DNA from: Candidatus Woesearchaeota archaeon
Lineage (GTDB): Archaea > Nanobdellota > Nanobdellia > Pacearchaeales > GW2011-AR1
NCBI GenBank assembly: GCA_964419275.1
Contig: CAYQOY010000001.1
Location: forward strand, 15,218-79,217
DNA: 64,000 bases
Direction: 5' to 3'
Of the stretch, positions 37,794 through 47,887 are shown piece by piece. Under the pieces are notes generated by a model. It was not told the origin of the DNA. It made no database searches and saw nothing but the letters and a program-made list of their open reading frames with translations. The translations under genes were made by a program, and so were the position numbers. Numbering within the stretch: position 1 is the first letter of the stretch; each line of letters starts with the position of its first letter.

Positions 37794-37822
37794 TTCTAAT
37801 TTATTTTTTAAATTGATTATTT

Positions 37823-39421
37823 TTAATCTAATTTGTCTAATGTTGTTTGCTTTTCAGATTTTTCTTTTAATGTTTCTTGAGAGTTATCTTCAGAAAAAAT
37901 ATCCATTCCGTTAGTCATATCTTTTTTAATGGAGCTTATTGCTGTTTGCATCTTTTTTTCTCTAGCTCTGGAAACATAATAAAAAGATTCATCCCTAGTA
38001 GCTTTGGTTATCATAATCATCAGTTTTCCCGGTTTAAGTCTAGCTGTTCTTCCTGCTCTTTGAATTGTACGAATTGCAGAAGCAACAGGCTCATAGAAAA
38101 TAACAACACTGACCTCAGGGATATCCAAGCCCTCTTCTCCAATAGAAGTAGCGCAAAGGACATTTAATTCTCCAGAAGAAAAATCTACAATCATTCTTTT
38201 TTGTTCTTTTTGACTTAAGCCTTCCCCTTTCTTTTTTGTTTGCCCAATGAAAACACCTGCTTTTATTCCAGAAATTTTATTTAATGTTTTTGAAATCTGA
38301 AGAGCTGTGTCTCGGAATTGAGAAAACACAATTATCTTTGCAGAAGAATTCTTTGTTTTTTCGAATTCAACTATTTCGGCAAGCTTGTTTATTTTTGGAT
38401 GTTCAATTCCTTTTTTCAAAAGTTCTGCAGAGCGAATAAATGCAAGATTCATCTCTGGGCGTTTCATTAGCTGCTGAACTCCCTTGCTTTTCATTTTCGC
38501 AGCCTGGTCAAATAAGTCTGCAAGATAATCATGGAATCCTTTAAGAGTCTGAGTTTCAAGAAGTTCAATCGCATGCTGAAGTTTGATTGCACTAGCGCAA
38601 GAAGACGCACCTTTCATCACATTGAAATTTTTATTTCCCTTTGAAAGCGAGTTCATAATTCTTTTTTGAAGAAGAATAAGATTTGTTTTTGTTGGAGCCT
38701 CAAATAAAAGATGCCTAGATTTGAGTTCATCGATGTAAATATCATTAACTTGTTTCATCATCCTTCTTATTTCTTCAATCTCTGAAGGAAGTTCGACAAC
38801 AACTTTTTCAAATTCTCTTTCTTGAAGATTATGCTTTACATCTTCACTTTCACGAGTCCTTAGCTCAACTTCTTCAATAGAAAGATTTTTGCAAATCTCT
38901 TTTATCTTTGAAACTTCGCTTCCCGGAGAAGCGGTTAATCCTAAAATTCTGGGGTGTTGTGAGGTTTCTTTGTATTTTTGAGCAACATAAGTGTAATCGT
39001 AATTTTTCATGCATCTGTGCGCTTCATCTTCCACTAAAAGGCAAACATCGCTTAAATCATAAAGTTTTTTTTTCAAATCATTTGCAATACATTGAGGTGT
39101 TGAAAAAATTATGTCTGCAGTTTTCCAAATTTTTTTTCTTTGGTCTGCCTTAACTGTTCCTGTGAAAAGTTGCAAATCTCCGAAAAGTTCAGAAAGATGG
39201 CTTGTGAAAAAATTTAAATGTTGTTCTGCTAGAGGGCGGGTAGGGGCTAAAAATAAAACTTTTTCTCCTGGAAATTGTTTCATTCTTTGAATCGCAAGCA
39301 TTAATGCAATCAAAGTTTTACCTAATCCTGTTGGAAGGACAACCAAGCAGTTTTTTTCAAGACAGCTTTCTAATATCTTTTGTTGATAATCCCTAGGGGA
39401 TATGTCTTTTAAAAATTCCAT
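37823..39421 (-). CDS. hef: Hef/FANCM-like DEAH helicase without fused nuclease
   Basis: PTGLGKT, DEAHR, GLTASPG, EEGLDIP, QRAGRTAR. Confidence 0.92.
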   Translation of the reverse strand: MEFLKDISPRDYQQKILESCLEKNCLVVLPTGLGKTLIALMLAIQRMKQFPGEKVLFLAPTRPLAEQHLNFFTSHLSELFGDLQLFTGTVKADQRKKIWKTADIIFSTPQCIANDLKKKLYDLSDVCLLVEDEAHRCMKNYDYTYVAQKYKETSQHPRILGLTASPGSEVSKIKEICKNLSIEEVELRTRESEDVKHNLQEREFEKVVVELPSEIEEIRRMMKQVNDIYIDELKSRHLLFEAPTKTNLILLQKRIMNSLSKGNKNFNVMKGASSCASAIKLQHAIELLETQTLKGFHDYLADLFDQAAKMKSKGVQQLMKRPEMNLAFIRSAELLKKGIEHPKINKLAEIVEFEKTKNSSAKIIVFSQFRDTALQISKTLNKISGIKAGVFIGQTKKKGEGLSQKEQKRMIVDFSSGELNVLCATSIGEEGLDIPEVSVVIFYEPVASAIRTIQRAGRTARLKPGKLMIMITKATRDESFYYVSRAREKKMQTAISSIKKDMTNGMDIFSEDNSQETLKEKSEKQTTLDKLD

Positions 39422-39438
39422 TTTATTCTACAAAAAGT

Positions 39439-40071
39439 TTAGATTATAAATATACTGAAAAAGAATCCAATAAAAATAAGAGCCACTAAAAATATCCATA
39501 AAGAAAGATTTCCAAAAAAGATTTTATTTCCGTCCAAATTTGAAACAGGAATCATATTGAACAACGCGTAGAAAATATTAATCCTTGAAAATTCAGGGAA
39601 TCCGAATAAGTATCCTATTAAAGCGAGTAATAGATTCATTGCAATCCCTGATGCTGCAATCCATCCAATTTCCTCTTCTGCCATTTCTGAGAATTTGTAT
39701 AATCCATGCCTTCTGGCAGCCTTGTAAGCTTCAGGTTCTGTGTCAAAAACTAAACAAGCCATCCAGATAAAAATATTTATCGGAAAGAAAAACATCTTAA
39801 AAATAATTGGCATAACAATTCCTCCGGGAATTGGTTGAGTGAAATGGAATTCTTTTCTGAATCCGTATCTATATATCTCCCATATTTTTATTTTAATTTT
39901 AGCGTCAAAGAAATAAGCAACTATTTTTTTGGCAAGAATATTCAAAAAAGACACAAGAAAAAAAGAGACAAACAAAGAGAAGTAAACTTGTTTCCCTCCA
40001 AAAGGATTCATTAAGAAGCTGATGATAACTGAAACTAATAAAATGCTGGTAATCTCTTTTATGCTAAACAT
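39439..40071 (-). CDS. Membrane protein, degenerate M50 peptidase-like
   Basis: IAASG..MN and FNMIP...LDG..I present; HExxH absent (NILAK at the expected place). Confidence 0.6.
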   Translation of the reverse strand: MFSIKEITSILLVSVIISFLMNPFGGKQVYFSLFVSFFLVSFLNILAKKIVAYFFDAKIKIKIWEIYRYGFRKEFHFTQPIPGGIVMPIIFKMFFFPINIFIWMACLVFDTEPEAYKAARRHGLYKFSEMAEEEIGWIAASGIAMNLLLALIGYLFGFPEFSRINIFYALFNMIPVSNLDGNKIFFGNLSLWIFLVALIFIGFFFSIFII

Positions 40072-40210
40072 GTTTCACTTAAGCTAGAGATTTTTATAAA
40101 CTTATTCTTTAATTTAATTTAAACCTCCCTCGCAGCTATTCAAATATCCGTTGATGTTATAGATAACAAATAACGGAAAAGTATTTAAATCGTTTACATT
40201 AATTTAATGT

Positions 40211-40492
40211 ATGAAAATCAAAAAAATTACAGAGGTTTTGGGTGTAAAAGTTTACACAGATTCTGGAGATTACTTCGGAGAGATTGAAGAAGCAAATCTT
40301 TACGAAAATAAGATAGATGGTTGGAAAATAAGAGTTGGCGGAGGCATAGCTTCTCTTATTGGAGGCGCTAAAGGAGTTATAATTCCTCACCAGTTTGTTA
40401 AGGCTATGAGTGATATTATCATAATAAACTCTTCTGCATTACCAAGTCCAGCTGAACCAGGATTTGAAGAAATGACCGAAGACTTAATGTAA
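40211..40492 (+). CDS. PRC-barrel protein
   Basis: G.KVYTDSGDYFG.I...IIP...V.A..DIIII. Confidence 0.85.
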   Translation: MKIKKITEVLGVKVYTDSGDYFGEIEEANLYENKIDGWKIRVGGGIASLIGGAKGVIIPHQFVKAMSDIIIINSSALPSPAEPGFEEMTEDLM

Positions 40493-40493
40493 G

Positions 40494-41009
40494 ATGGCTG
40501 CTGAAGAAACTATATTTTTGCAACACTGGTTATTTACCAAATTCCTACTTCCTTTCTTATTAGTATTTTTAATTGCATTTGCTTTATTGGAGAAGACTAA
40601 AGTCCTTGGAGAGGGTAACAAACAGTTAAACGCATTAGTTTCTTTTGTAATTGGATTTATTTTTGTTGGAGTTGCTGGACCTGCTTTGATGGTAAGCAAT
40701 TTAATGCTTTTCTTGAGCGTCGCTTTGGTTATAGTTTTTGTAACTTTACTGATTTGGGGCGCAGTTAGTGGAAAAGCGGATTTAAGCATAGTCACTAATA
40801 ACAAAGTTGCAATTATAGTGTTGTTTGCTTTGGTTATTCTTTCAATTGTTTATGCTAGTCTTTGGGCAGCAGGAATAGAGATAGACAAGTTCATTATAGA
40901 TCCTTTATTTAATCAGTCTGGTAGTGAGGCAATTTGGACAAATGTAGGATTTGTTGTAATAATTGCCTTGGCACTTGCTTTGGTTTTAAGAGGAAAAGCT
41001 AGCTCTTAA
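40494..41009 (+). CDS. Membrane protein, hypothetical
   Basis: LLPFLLVF.I.FALL.K.K motif, ~5 TM; paralogous to the next gene. Confidence 0.75.
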   Translation: MAAEETIFLQHWLFTKFLLPFLLVFLIAFALLEKTKVLGEGNKQLNALVSFVIGFIFVGVAGPALMVSNLMLFLSVALVIVFVTLLIWGAVSGKADLSIVTNNKVAIIVLFALVILSIVYASLWAAGIEIDKFIIDPLFNQSGSEAIWTNVGFVVIIALALALVLRGKASS

Positions 41010-41058
41010 TTTTATATTTTCTCGAAACATATTTAAATAATAATCCCTATTTTTTTTC

Positions 41059-41664
41059 ATGATTGAGAGGTTAATTTTTTTAGCAGCTTTTGTTGGCGCT
41101 GAAAGTTCTGGAAACTCAATAGGCACTTTTTTAGAGAATGCCGGATTTTACAGTTATATCCTCCCCTTCTTGCTTTTATTTGCTTTAATTTTTGGAGTTC
41201 TTTCTAAGTTAGAATTATTCAAAGATAACAAGGGAGTTATAGTATTAATTGCAATGAGTGTTTCACTGATGGCGTTGCAAGTGCCTTTAGTTCCAAAATT
41301 CTTTGCAGAATTATTTCCTAAAGTCGGAGTCGGACTTTCAATCATCTTAGGAGTACTAATCTTGTTTGGGATGTTTATTGATAAAAATAAGCAATGGATA
41401 TTGTACATACTCTTAGCGATAGGAGCAATCATCACTGCAGTGGTTGTTTATCCTAGTTTTAGCGATGTGTTTGGCATAAAAAGTTCTGCTTCTAGTTATG
41501 ATATTGGAGTTATTTTAGGATGGGTTTTAGTGGGAATTGTTGTTTTGATTGCAATTGCCGCAATCGTGGGATGGAAGCTTCCTGTTCCAAAAAGTTCAGA
41601 AAAATCTAGTTCACAACAGCCATATCACCCTTATTTATTTTATCCTCCTGCTCAATCTTCTTAA
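41059..41664 (+). CDS. Membrane protein, hypothetical
   Basis: ILPFLLLFALIFGVL.K motif, ~5 TM. Confidence 0.75.
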   Translation: MIERLIFLAAFVGAESSGNSIGTFLENAGFYSYILPFLLLFALIFGVLSKLELFKDNKGVIVLIAMSVSLMALQVPLVPKFFAELFPKVGVGLSIILGVLILFGMFIDKNKQWILYILLAIGAIITAVVVYPSFSDVFGIKSSASSYDIGVILGWVLVGIVVLIAIAAIVGWKLPVPKSSEKSSSQQPYHPYLFYPPAQSS

Positions 41665-41672
41665 TTTTTTAA

Positions 41673-42488
41673 TTAACTTCTTTTTCTTAATTTTTGCGCA
41701 GGGTCAACTCTATTTGGCTTTTGAAAAGAATTCTCTGCTAAGTCCATTAAAGGATTAAGAGTTTTGCTAAAAGATTCTTGCATCATGGACATTTCTTTTT
41801 TTATTCCTTCAAGTGTGCTAGAATAAGAGCCAACTTTATCTAGAATTGCGATTTGTAACTTGTCTAATGTCAAATCAATTCTTTTGACTCTTTCTGAAAT
41901 GTAATCTATTCTTGTCTGGGCCAATGTTTTGAATTCTTCTAATTCATCTAATCTTTTTCTTATTTCAGCAGTTTTTTCTGAGACAACTTGCTGGGCAATA
42001 TCTATCAAAGTCTCTGTGCTTGTGTTGGGCGCATATCCGGAATAAGCTTGCTGAGCGTAAGGATCTTGATACTGTTCAGGGGCATAACCCTCTTGAGGAT
42101 AAGATTGTTGAGGAACAGCAAGATAATTATCTTGTGCAGCGGGAGTGTAAGTCTCTTGAGGAGAATAATAATCTTTAGGTTCTGGAGATTGAGTTTTGTA
42201 ATTTACAGAAGGAGAATAACTTTCTTCTTGTTCTTCGTTTTCCGGAGCGTATCTTTCTTTAGAAGATTTTTCTGGCAGAGAATAAAACTCTTGAGGAGCA
42301 TAATCTTCATTCTGAGGAGGAACAAGTGAGTCCCCTCTTATTCCTGTTACTGCAGCCTTTATGCTTGCTTGATTAAGCGCGTCACTTATTGCTTTTGGTG
42401 AGATTCCTTGTTCTCTAAGATTGTAAATAATATCTTCGTCGTTCATTCCTTCTTCTCTCATTTTTGTTACTTGTTCTAGTGTTCCCAT
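41673..42488 (-). CDS. Hypothetical protein: small helical domain, P/Q/Y-rich linker, coiled coil
   Basis: Composition; divergent from the pilus ATPase. Confidence 0.75.
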   Translation of the reverse strand: MGTLEQVTKMREEGMNDEDIIYNLREQGISPKAISDALNQASIKAAVTGIRGDSLVPPQNEDYAPQEFYSLPEKSSKERYAPENEEQEESYSPSVNYKTQSPEPKDYYSPQETYTPAAQDNYLAVPQQSYPQEGYAPEQYQDPYAQQAYSGYAPNTSTETLIDIAQQVVSEKTAEIRKRLDELEEFKTLAQTRIDYISERVKRIDLTLDKLQIAILDKVGSYSSTLEGIKKEMSMMQESFSKTLNPLMDLAENSFQKPNRVDPAQKLRKRS

Positions 42489-42489
42489 T

Positions 42490-42810
42490 TTATTGTATTA
42501 ATTGTCTTCTTTCCAAAGGTTGAAACATTCTCGCTTGCTTAGTTAATATCTCTAAATCTTCTTTTCTTGCAAATTTAGATAACTCTCCTGAAAGAGTTTC
42601 TAAAAAAGATACCATCCTGTTTACTTCTTGTTTAAGGAGTTCAACATCTTTTTTTAATGTTAAAACTTCTTGTTTGGTTTTTTCTCTGGTTTCAATAAGA
42701 TTTTTTCCTATTAAAATCATTTGATTTTTCAGCGTTCTTTGTTTGTCATCTAAATCTGTTAATGCGCTGTTAATTCCTTGCATATCTGATGGTTCTGTTT
42801 GATTATTCAC
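42490..42810 (-). CDS. Coiled-coil hypothetical protein
   Basis: Heptad pattern; 1 nt from the downstream gene; divergent from the ATPase. Confidence 0.75.
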   Translation of the reverse strand: MNNQTEPSDMQGINSALTDLDDKQRTLKNQMILIGKNLIETREKTKQEVLTLKKDVELLKQEVNRMVSFLETLSGELSKFARKEDLEILTKQARMFQPLERRQLIQ

Positions 42811-42904
42811 GTTATTTAAAAAATGCTAAACTAGTTTAAAATTGTTTTGTTTGTTGAGGTTAATTAATCAATAAAGTTTTAAATCAGAATATCTTAATTT
42901 TATT

Positions 42905-45193
42905 ATGGAATTTGAACAGGGAGCAGCTCTTTATTCTTATCAAGTTAAAAAAGAGGGCGGTGAAGATGTTTTGTATATCAATTATCTAGGTGCGCCCTTT
43001 GTTCCGGATTTAGCTGGTTCTGCAGAGATTATGGAAAGAACAATGGATGCACTTATTGAAAATCCCAATGTTTCTAGAATTGTTTTTGTTCAACAAAAGA
43101 ATTACAATTACGATTTCAAAGAAACTTCTTTGATATTGGAAATTGCTCAACTTTATGTTTACTTAATTAAACAAGAACAAATACTTTCCAGAGAAAAATT
43201 AGTAACATTCAATGAACAATTTCACTCTTCAAGGTACAAGGAAATGTTTTCTTTTCTTTATTTGTTGAAAAGAGACCCGGTCTCAGCATACGCTACTCTG
43301 GAAGACACTATTGTTCACGCGAAGGTCATCTTAGAAAGAATGGGTGATGAAATGGCAAGAGACCAAGCTAATTATGTAAGACTTCTAGAGAAAATTTTCA
43401 TTTTATTAAGCTCAACAAAACTCATTTCTCAAGTCAAAGATTACATATCAGATTATTCCAAGGGAAGCAGAGAAATTTATTACCGCGTTTTCAAAGCAGA
43501 TGTAATTCCCAATTTCACTTTCACAAGGCTTGTTTCCGAATTGCCAGAAGATGCAGAGATTGTAGACCAATACAAAATTTCCAGCGGAGAGTATGATGAA
43601 TCTCTTGTTACAATTTTAAGAAGCAAAGAAGAAGCTAAAATGATTTACCATATTGTTCCTCCAGAAAATAATTTAAATGAATCTCAGAATATGCTTTTGA
43701 ATTTAGCTAAGAATGTTTTAATTGAGCACCAGCCTCGTGCAGAAGAATTTACAGACACTGAAAGAACAAGACATGTTTTTTTTAACATTGCCCGAGATTT
43801 ATTGCAAGATTTAGCGCAAACAAAAAAGATTCTCCTTAAGTATCCTGATTTAAACACCTTAGCAACAATTCTTGTAAGGCATACAATCGGTTTCGGAGTT
43901 ATCGAGGTTCTTTTGCAAGACAAAAAAATTCAGGATATTGTTTTGAATGCGCCTATTCCTTTGACTAAGATTTTTTTAAGGCATCAGGATTATGAAGAGT
44001 GTGCAACAAATATTCTTCCAAGCCAGGAAGAGGTTGACTCTTGGGCTTCAAAATTCAGAATGATTTCTGGAAGGCCTTTAGATGAAGCTAATCCTATTTT
44101 AGACACCCAATTGGAAATAGAAAAACTTAGAGCCAGAATTGCAATTGTTCAGCAGCCTCTTTCTCCAATGGGGATATCTTATGCAATTAGAAAACACAGA
44201 GAAGAGCCTTGGACATTGCCGCTGTTTATTAGAAATAGAACCCTGAATTCTTTTGCTGCAGGATTATTGAGTTTTCTTATTGATGGAGCAAGAACAATGC
44301 TTATTGCTGGAACAAGAAGCTCTGGTAAAACTTCTTTGCTGGGAAGTTTAATGCTTGAAATTTTGCCTAAAACTAGAATCATCGTTATTGAAGATTCTTT
44401 GGAGCTGCCATTGGATGCTTTAAGAAAATTAAACTACGATGTTCTCAGAATGAAGGTTCGTTCTGCTTTGCTTAAAACAACAACAGAAGTTTCAGCTTCA
44501 GATGGAATCAGAACCAGTTTAAGACTTGGAGATTCTTCTTTGATTATCGGTGAAGTTAGAAGCGCAGAAGCAAAAGCTCTTTATGAAGCAATGAGAATTG
44601 GTGCGCTTGCAAATGTCGTGGCTGGAACAATTCACGGTGCTTCACCTTATGATGTTTTTGACAGGGTTGTAAATGATTTGAATGTCCCAACAACAAGTTT
44701 CAAAGCAACAGACATAATTGTAGTTACAAATCCGATTAAATCTGCAGATGGGCTTTCTTCTAAAAAAAGAGTTTTGCTTGTAACAGAAGTTAGAAAGCAC
44801 TGGACAAAAGATCCTCTTCTTGAAAAAGGGTTTGTTGATTTGCTTAGATACAATGTTGAAAAAGATGAATTAGAACCCACAGAAGATTTGATTAATGGAG
44901 ACAGTGAAATAATCAAAAGCATTGCGTCAAGTGTTAAGGGCTGGGCTGGAAATTGGGATGCGGTTTATGATAATATTCTTTTAAGAGCTAAAATTAAGCA
45001 AGAGATAGTTGATGTTGCTGAAAGAATAGGCAATGAAAGGTTGCTTGAGGCTAAATTCAATGTTTTTGCTAATCAAGTCTTCCACAGGATTTCCAGCGAA
45101 GTTAGAGAAGAATTTGGATTGCCTTATTCAGATAAAGTTTTCCCTCGCTGGCAGAAATGGCTTAATGAGGAAATTAAGAGCGGCAAATGGTAA
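42905..45193 (+). CDS. Type II/IV secretion (VirB11/TadA/FlaI-like) ATPase
   Basis: AGTRSSGKTS Walker A, IEDSLEL Asp box, LRLG...IIGEVR..EA Walker B, GTIHG His box. Confidence 0.93.
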   Translation: MEFEQGAALYSYQVKKEGGEDVLYINYLGAPFVPDLAGSAEIMERTMDALIENPNVSRIVFVQQKNYNYDFKETSLILEIAQLYVYLIKQEQILSREKLVTFNEQFHSSRYKEMFSFLYLLKRDPVSAYATLEDTIVHAKVILERMGDEMARDQANYVRLLEKIFILLSSTKLISQVKDYISDYSKGSREIYYRVFKADVIPNFTFTRLVSELPEDAEIVDQYKISSGEYDESLVTILRSKEEAKMIYHIVPPENNLNESQNMLLNLAKNVLIEHQPRAEEFTDTERTRHVFFNIARDLLQDLAQTKKILLKYPDLNTLATILVRHTIGFGVIEVLLQDKKIQDIVLNAPIPLTKIFLRHQDYEECATNILPSQEEVDSWASKFRMISGRPLDEANPILDTQLEIEKLRARIAIVQQPLSPMGISYAIRKHREEPWTLPLFIRNRTLNSFAAGLLSFLIDGARTMLIAGTRSSGKTSLLGSLMLEILPKTRIIVIEDSLELPLDALRKLNYDVLRMKVRSALLKTTTEVSASDGIRTSLRLGDSSLIIGEVRSAEAKALYEAMRIGALANVVAGTIHGASPYDVFDRVVNDLNVPTTSFKATDIIVVTNPIKSADGLSSKKRVLLVTEVRKHWTKDPLLEKGFVDLLRYNVEKDELEPTEDLINGDSEIIKSIASSVKGWAGNWDAVYDNILLRAKIKQEIVDVAERIGNERLLEAKFNVFANQVFHRISSEVREEFGLPYSDKVFPRWQKWLNEEIKSGKW

Positions 45194-45235
45194 GTTTATA
45201 GCAAGATTTATATATTTCTTAAGTTATTTTTACCT

Positions 45236-45454
45236 ATGAAACAATCAAGAAAAAAGAAATTTGACAAATCTTTATTTCTAGCCTGGCTCGCCGTGGTTAG
45301 TTATGTTATAGCTTTAATTTTTATTTCTGTGAATATAACCGGAAATGTGATAAATAATTCTGGTGCTCCAGACAGTTCCAGAATAATCAGTATCGGAACC
45401 TTTTTCTTAGGGCTTTGCTTTACTTTTTTTTATTTTAAAACTAAGAACAGATAG
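45236..45454 (+). CDS. Small 2-TM membrane protein with ITGNVI motif
   Basis: Two hydrophobic helices; between the ATPase and platform genes. Confidence 0.65.
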   Translation: MKQSRKKKFDKSLFLAWLAVVSYVIALIFISVNITGNVINNSGAPDSSRIISIGTFFLGLCFTFFYFKTKNR

Positions 45455-45511
45455 CCACAAAGATTTATTAATTGTTTTTACATTTTTAAGATAGTTTAAC
45501 CGAGGTGCTAA

Positions 45512-47677
45512 ATGTCTTTACCTAATCAAAATCCGCCAAGCGTAGATGATATTTTAAAAAAATACGGAAGAAAAATTGAAAAGCAAATCAACAGTTCGCC
45601 TCTTTCTTACCAAAAAGGAAATTACAGCCAGTCTTATTCCAAGTTCAAGCAAGAAATGGCTCCAGAATGGTCAAGATATGAACGATGGTGCAACATCCTT
45701 GGAAACACTTTGAAAGTAAAAGCTTCAAAAAAAGATGAAGAAAAAATCAAGAAATACTTAGAGATAGCTCATCTTGACGTTGAACCCTGGCAAGCAATTA
45801 CTCTCGGGTTAACTGCTTTTATCGGTGTTTTTTTTCTTAATTTAATTCTTTCTTTGTCTATATTTTTTATAACAACCAGTTTTCCAGGAACATTTTTTCT
45901 TTTGATGTTAATTTTTTCTTTGTTTATTTATTCTTACGTGAACAGTTATCCAGAAAGATTTGCCAACAAATGGAGGCTTAAAGCTTCATCTCAAATGGTC
46001 CCTGCTATTTTGTATGTTGTTGTTTACATGAGGCATACTCCTAATCTTGAAAAAGCAATTGCTTTTGCCGCAGAAAATATAGAATACCCCCTTTCCTTGG
46101 ATTTAAGAAAGGTTTTTTATGATGTTGAAATAGGAAAATTCTCAACAATAAAAGAAAGCTTAGATAATTACTTGGAAGTTTGGAGAGATTATTCTCCGGA
46201 ATTTATTGAGTCTTTCCATTTAATTGAAAGCAGCCTCTTTGAGCCCGGAGAAGACAGAAGAATTTCTGTTTTAGAAAAATCTATTCAAGTTGTTTTGGAT
46301 GGTGTTTATGACAGAATGCTTAAGTTTGTTCATGAAACAAAAGGCCCTGTTCAAAATACTTACATGTTGGGAACTGTTCTTCCTGTTTTAGGATTAGCGT
46401 TGCTTCCTTTAGCTTCGGTTATGATTGCAGATATGCTTAATGCAGATCATGTTTTCATGCTTTACAACTTAATTATTCCCTTTTTAGCTTTTTTCTTAAT
46501 GAATAAATACATGATGATGCGTCCAGGAGGACATGGAGAAACTTCTTTTTTAGAAAGAAACCCTAAGTATTCTTCTTTTAAAAATAATAGACATTATGTT
46601 AAAGCTTCTTTAATCGCAATTCCTTTAATTATTCTCGGATTTTTGCCTTTGATATTTCAGTATACCCCTCTTCCCGAACTTTTAGGATTACAAAAAGATT
46701 ATACTCTTGCTCAGTTGAAATTAGGCAGTTCTGAAGATCAAATGTTTTTTGGATTTGTTGGAAAACCCGGAGAACCGGTTAAAGGTCCATTTGGAATTGG
46801 TGCATCTATTCTAAGCATGTTTGTTCCTTTAGGAATCGCTCTATTCTTTTCTATTGCTTATACCAGTAAAACTAAGGAAATGATAAAAGAAAGAAATAAA
46901 ACCAAAGAGTTAGAAAAAGAATTCAACAGTTCACTTTTCCAGCTAGGAAATAGAATCGGAAATGGAACGCCTCCAGAGCTGGTTTTTAGCAAAGTTGCTG
47001 AATCTTCCAGAGGAATGAAAACTGAGGATTTCTTTAGAAAAGTTAGCTATAATATTCAAAGACTTGGAATGAGTGTTGAAAACGCTTTGTTTGAGAACAG
47101 AAGGGGAGTTATGAATGAGTACCCTTCCGGGTTAATTGCAACAAGCATGAGAATCTTAGTTGAGGCAGCCAAAAAAGGATTGCACATTGCAGCAGTTAGT
47201 TTGATGAGCATTTCAGAGTATATTAAAAATATTCAGAAAATTAATGATAGGCTAAAGGATATGCTTGCTGAAACTGTTTCAGATATGAAAAGTAATATGA
47301 CTTTCTTAACGCCTCTTCTAGCAGGTGTTGTTGTCGGACTTTCAACAATGATCACTAATATTCTGGGAAAAGTTAATCTTTTAGAAAGTTTGCAAGACCA
47401 GGAAATTTCGGGTATTGGCAATGTCTTAAAGATGATGGATATTAAATTAATGATTCCTCCTTATTTCCTTCAACTTGCAATCGGAATTTATTTGGTTCAA
47501 ATAATCTTTATTTTAACGCAAACTTTAGTCACAATAGACGCCGGTGAAGATGAGCTTGAAAGACTTAATAAAACTGGAAAAAACCTTAAGGCCGGAATGT
47601 TGTTTTACTTTTTCACTGCAGCAATTACCACTCTGATTTTATTTGCAATATCTTCTTCAGTTTTATCTGGAATGTGA
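45512..47677 (+). CDS. Pilus assembly membrane platform (TadB/TadC/FlaJ-like, duplicated)
   Basis: Two T2SSF-like halves (PNLEKAI..A...PLS.DL; LFQLGNRI..G.PPE), each followed by TM helices; downstream of the ATPase. Confidence 0.82.
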   Translation: MSLPNQNPPSVDDILKKYGRKIEKQINSSPLSYQKGNYSQSYSKFKQEMAPEWSRYERWCNILGNTLKVKASKKDEEKIKKYLEIAHLDVEPWQAITLGLTAFIGVFFLNLILSLSIFFITTSFPGTFFLLMLIFSLFIYSYVNSYPERFANKWRLKASSQMVPAILYVVVYMRHTPNLEKAIAFAAENIEYPLSLDLRKVFYDVEIGKFSTIKESLDNYLEVWRDYSPEFIESFHLIESSLFEPGEDRRISVLEKSIQVVLDGVYDRMLKFVHETKGPVQNTYMLGTVLPVLGLALLPLASVMIADMLNADHVFMLYNLIIPFLAFFLMNKYMMMRPGGHGETSFLERNPKYSSFKNNRHYVKASLIAIPLIILGFLPLIFQYTPLPELLGLQKDYTLAQLKLGSSEDQMFFGFVGKPGEPVKGPFGIGASILSMFVPLGIALFFSIAYTSKTKEMIKERNKTKELEKEFNSSLFQLGNRIGNGTPPELVFSKVAESSRGMKTEDFFRKVSYNIQRLGMSVENALFENRRGVMNEYPSGLIATSMRILVEAAKKGLHIAAVSLMSISEYIKNIQKINDRLKDMLAETVSDMKSNMTFLTPLLAGVVVGLSTMITNILGKVNLLESLQDQEISGIGNVLKMMDIKLMIPPYFLQLAIGIYLVQIIFILTQTLVTIDAGEDELERLNKTGKNLKAGMLFYFFTAAITTLILFAISSSVLSGM

Positions 47678-47739
47678 TAAGATTCTAAACGCAATTCAGA
47701 AAGAAAAACATTTATTAATTATTTGTCTTTGATAACCTT

Positions 47740-47886
47740 ATGAAGAAAAGAGGACTTGTTATAAGCTATACAACTAAAATTGTTATTCTGGCTATTCTGC
47801 TTTTGCTGATGTTGATAGGGTATGCTGCATTAAAAGAAACAGGGGTTTCATTTGTGGATAGAATAGGAGATATCTTTAAGGGTTAA
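47740..47886 (+). CDS. 48-aa Flp-like prepilin (absent from ORF track)
   Basis: MKKRG|LVISYTTKIVILAILLLLMLIGYAALKETGVSFVDRIGDIFKG; class III signal; TTTATTAA ends 22 nt upstream. Confidence 0.8.
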   Translation: MKKRGLVISYTTKIVILAILLLLMLIGYAALKETGVSFVDRIGDIFKG

Positions 47887-47887
47887 A

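Noticed and set aside
39439..40071. Active site-2 (M50) protease
   Set aside because: The HExxH zinc motif is absent although the NxxPxxxxDG motif remains
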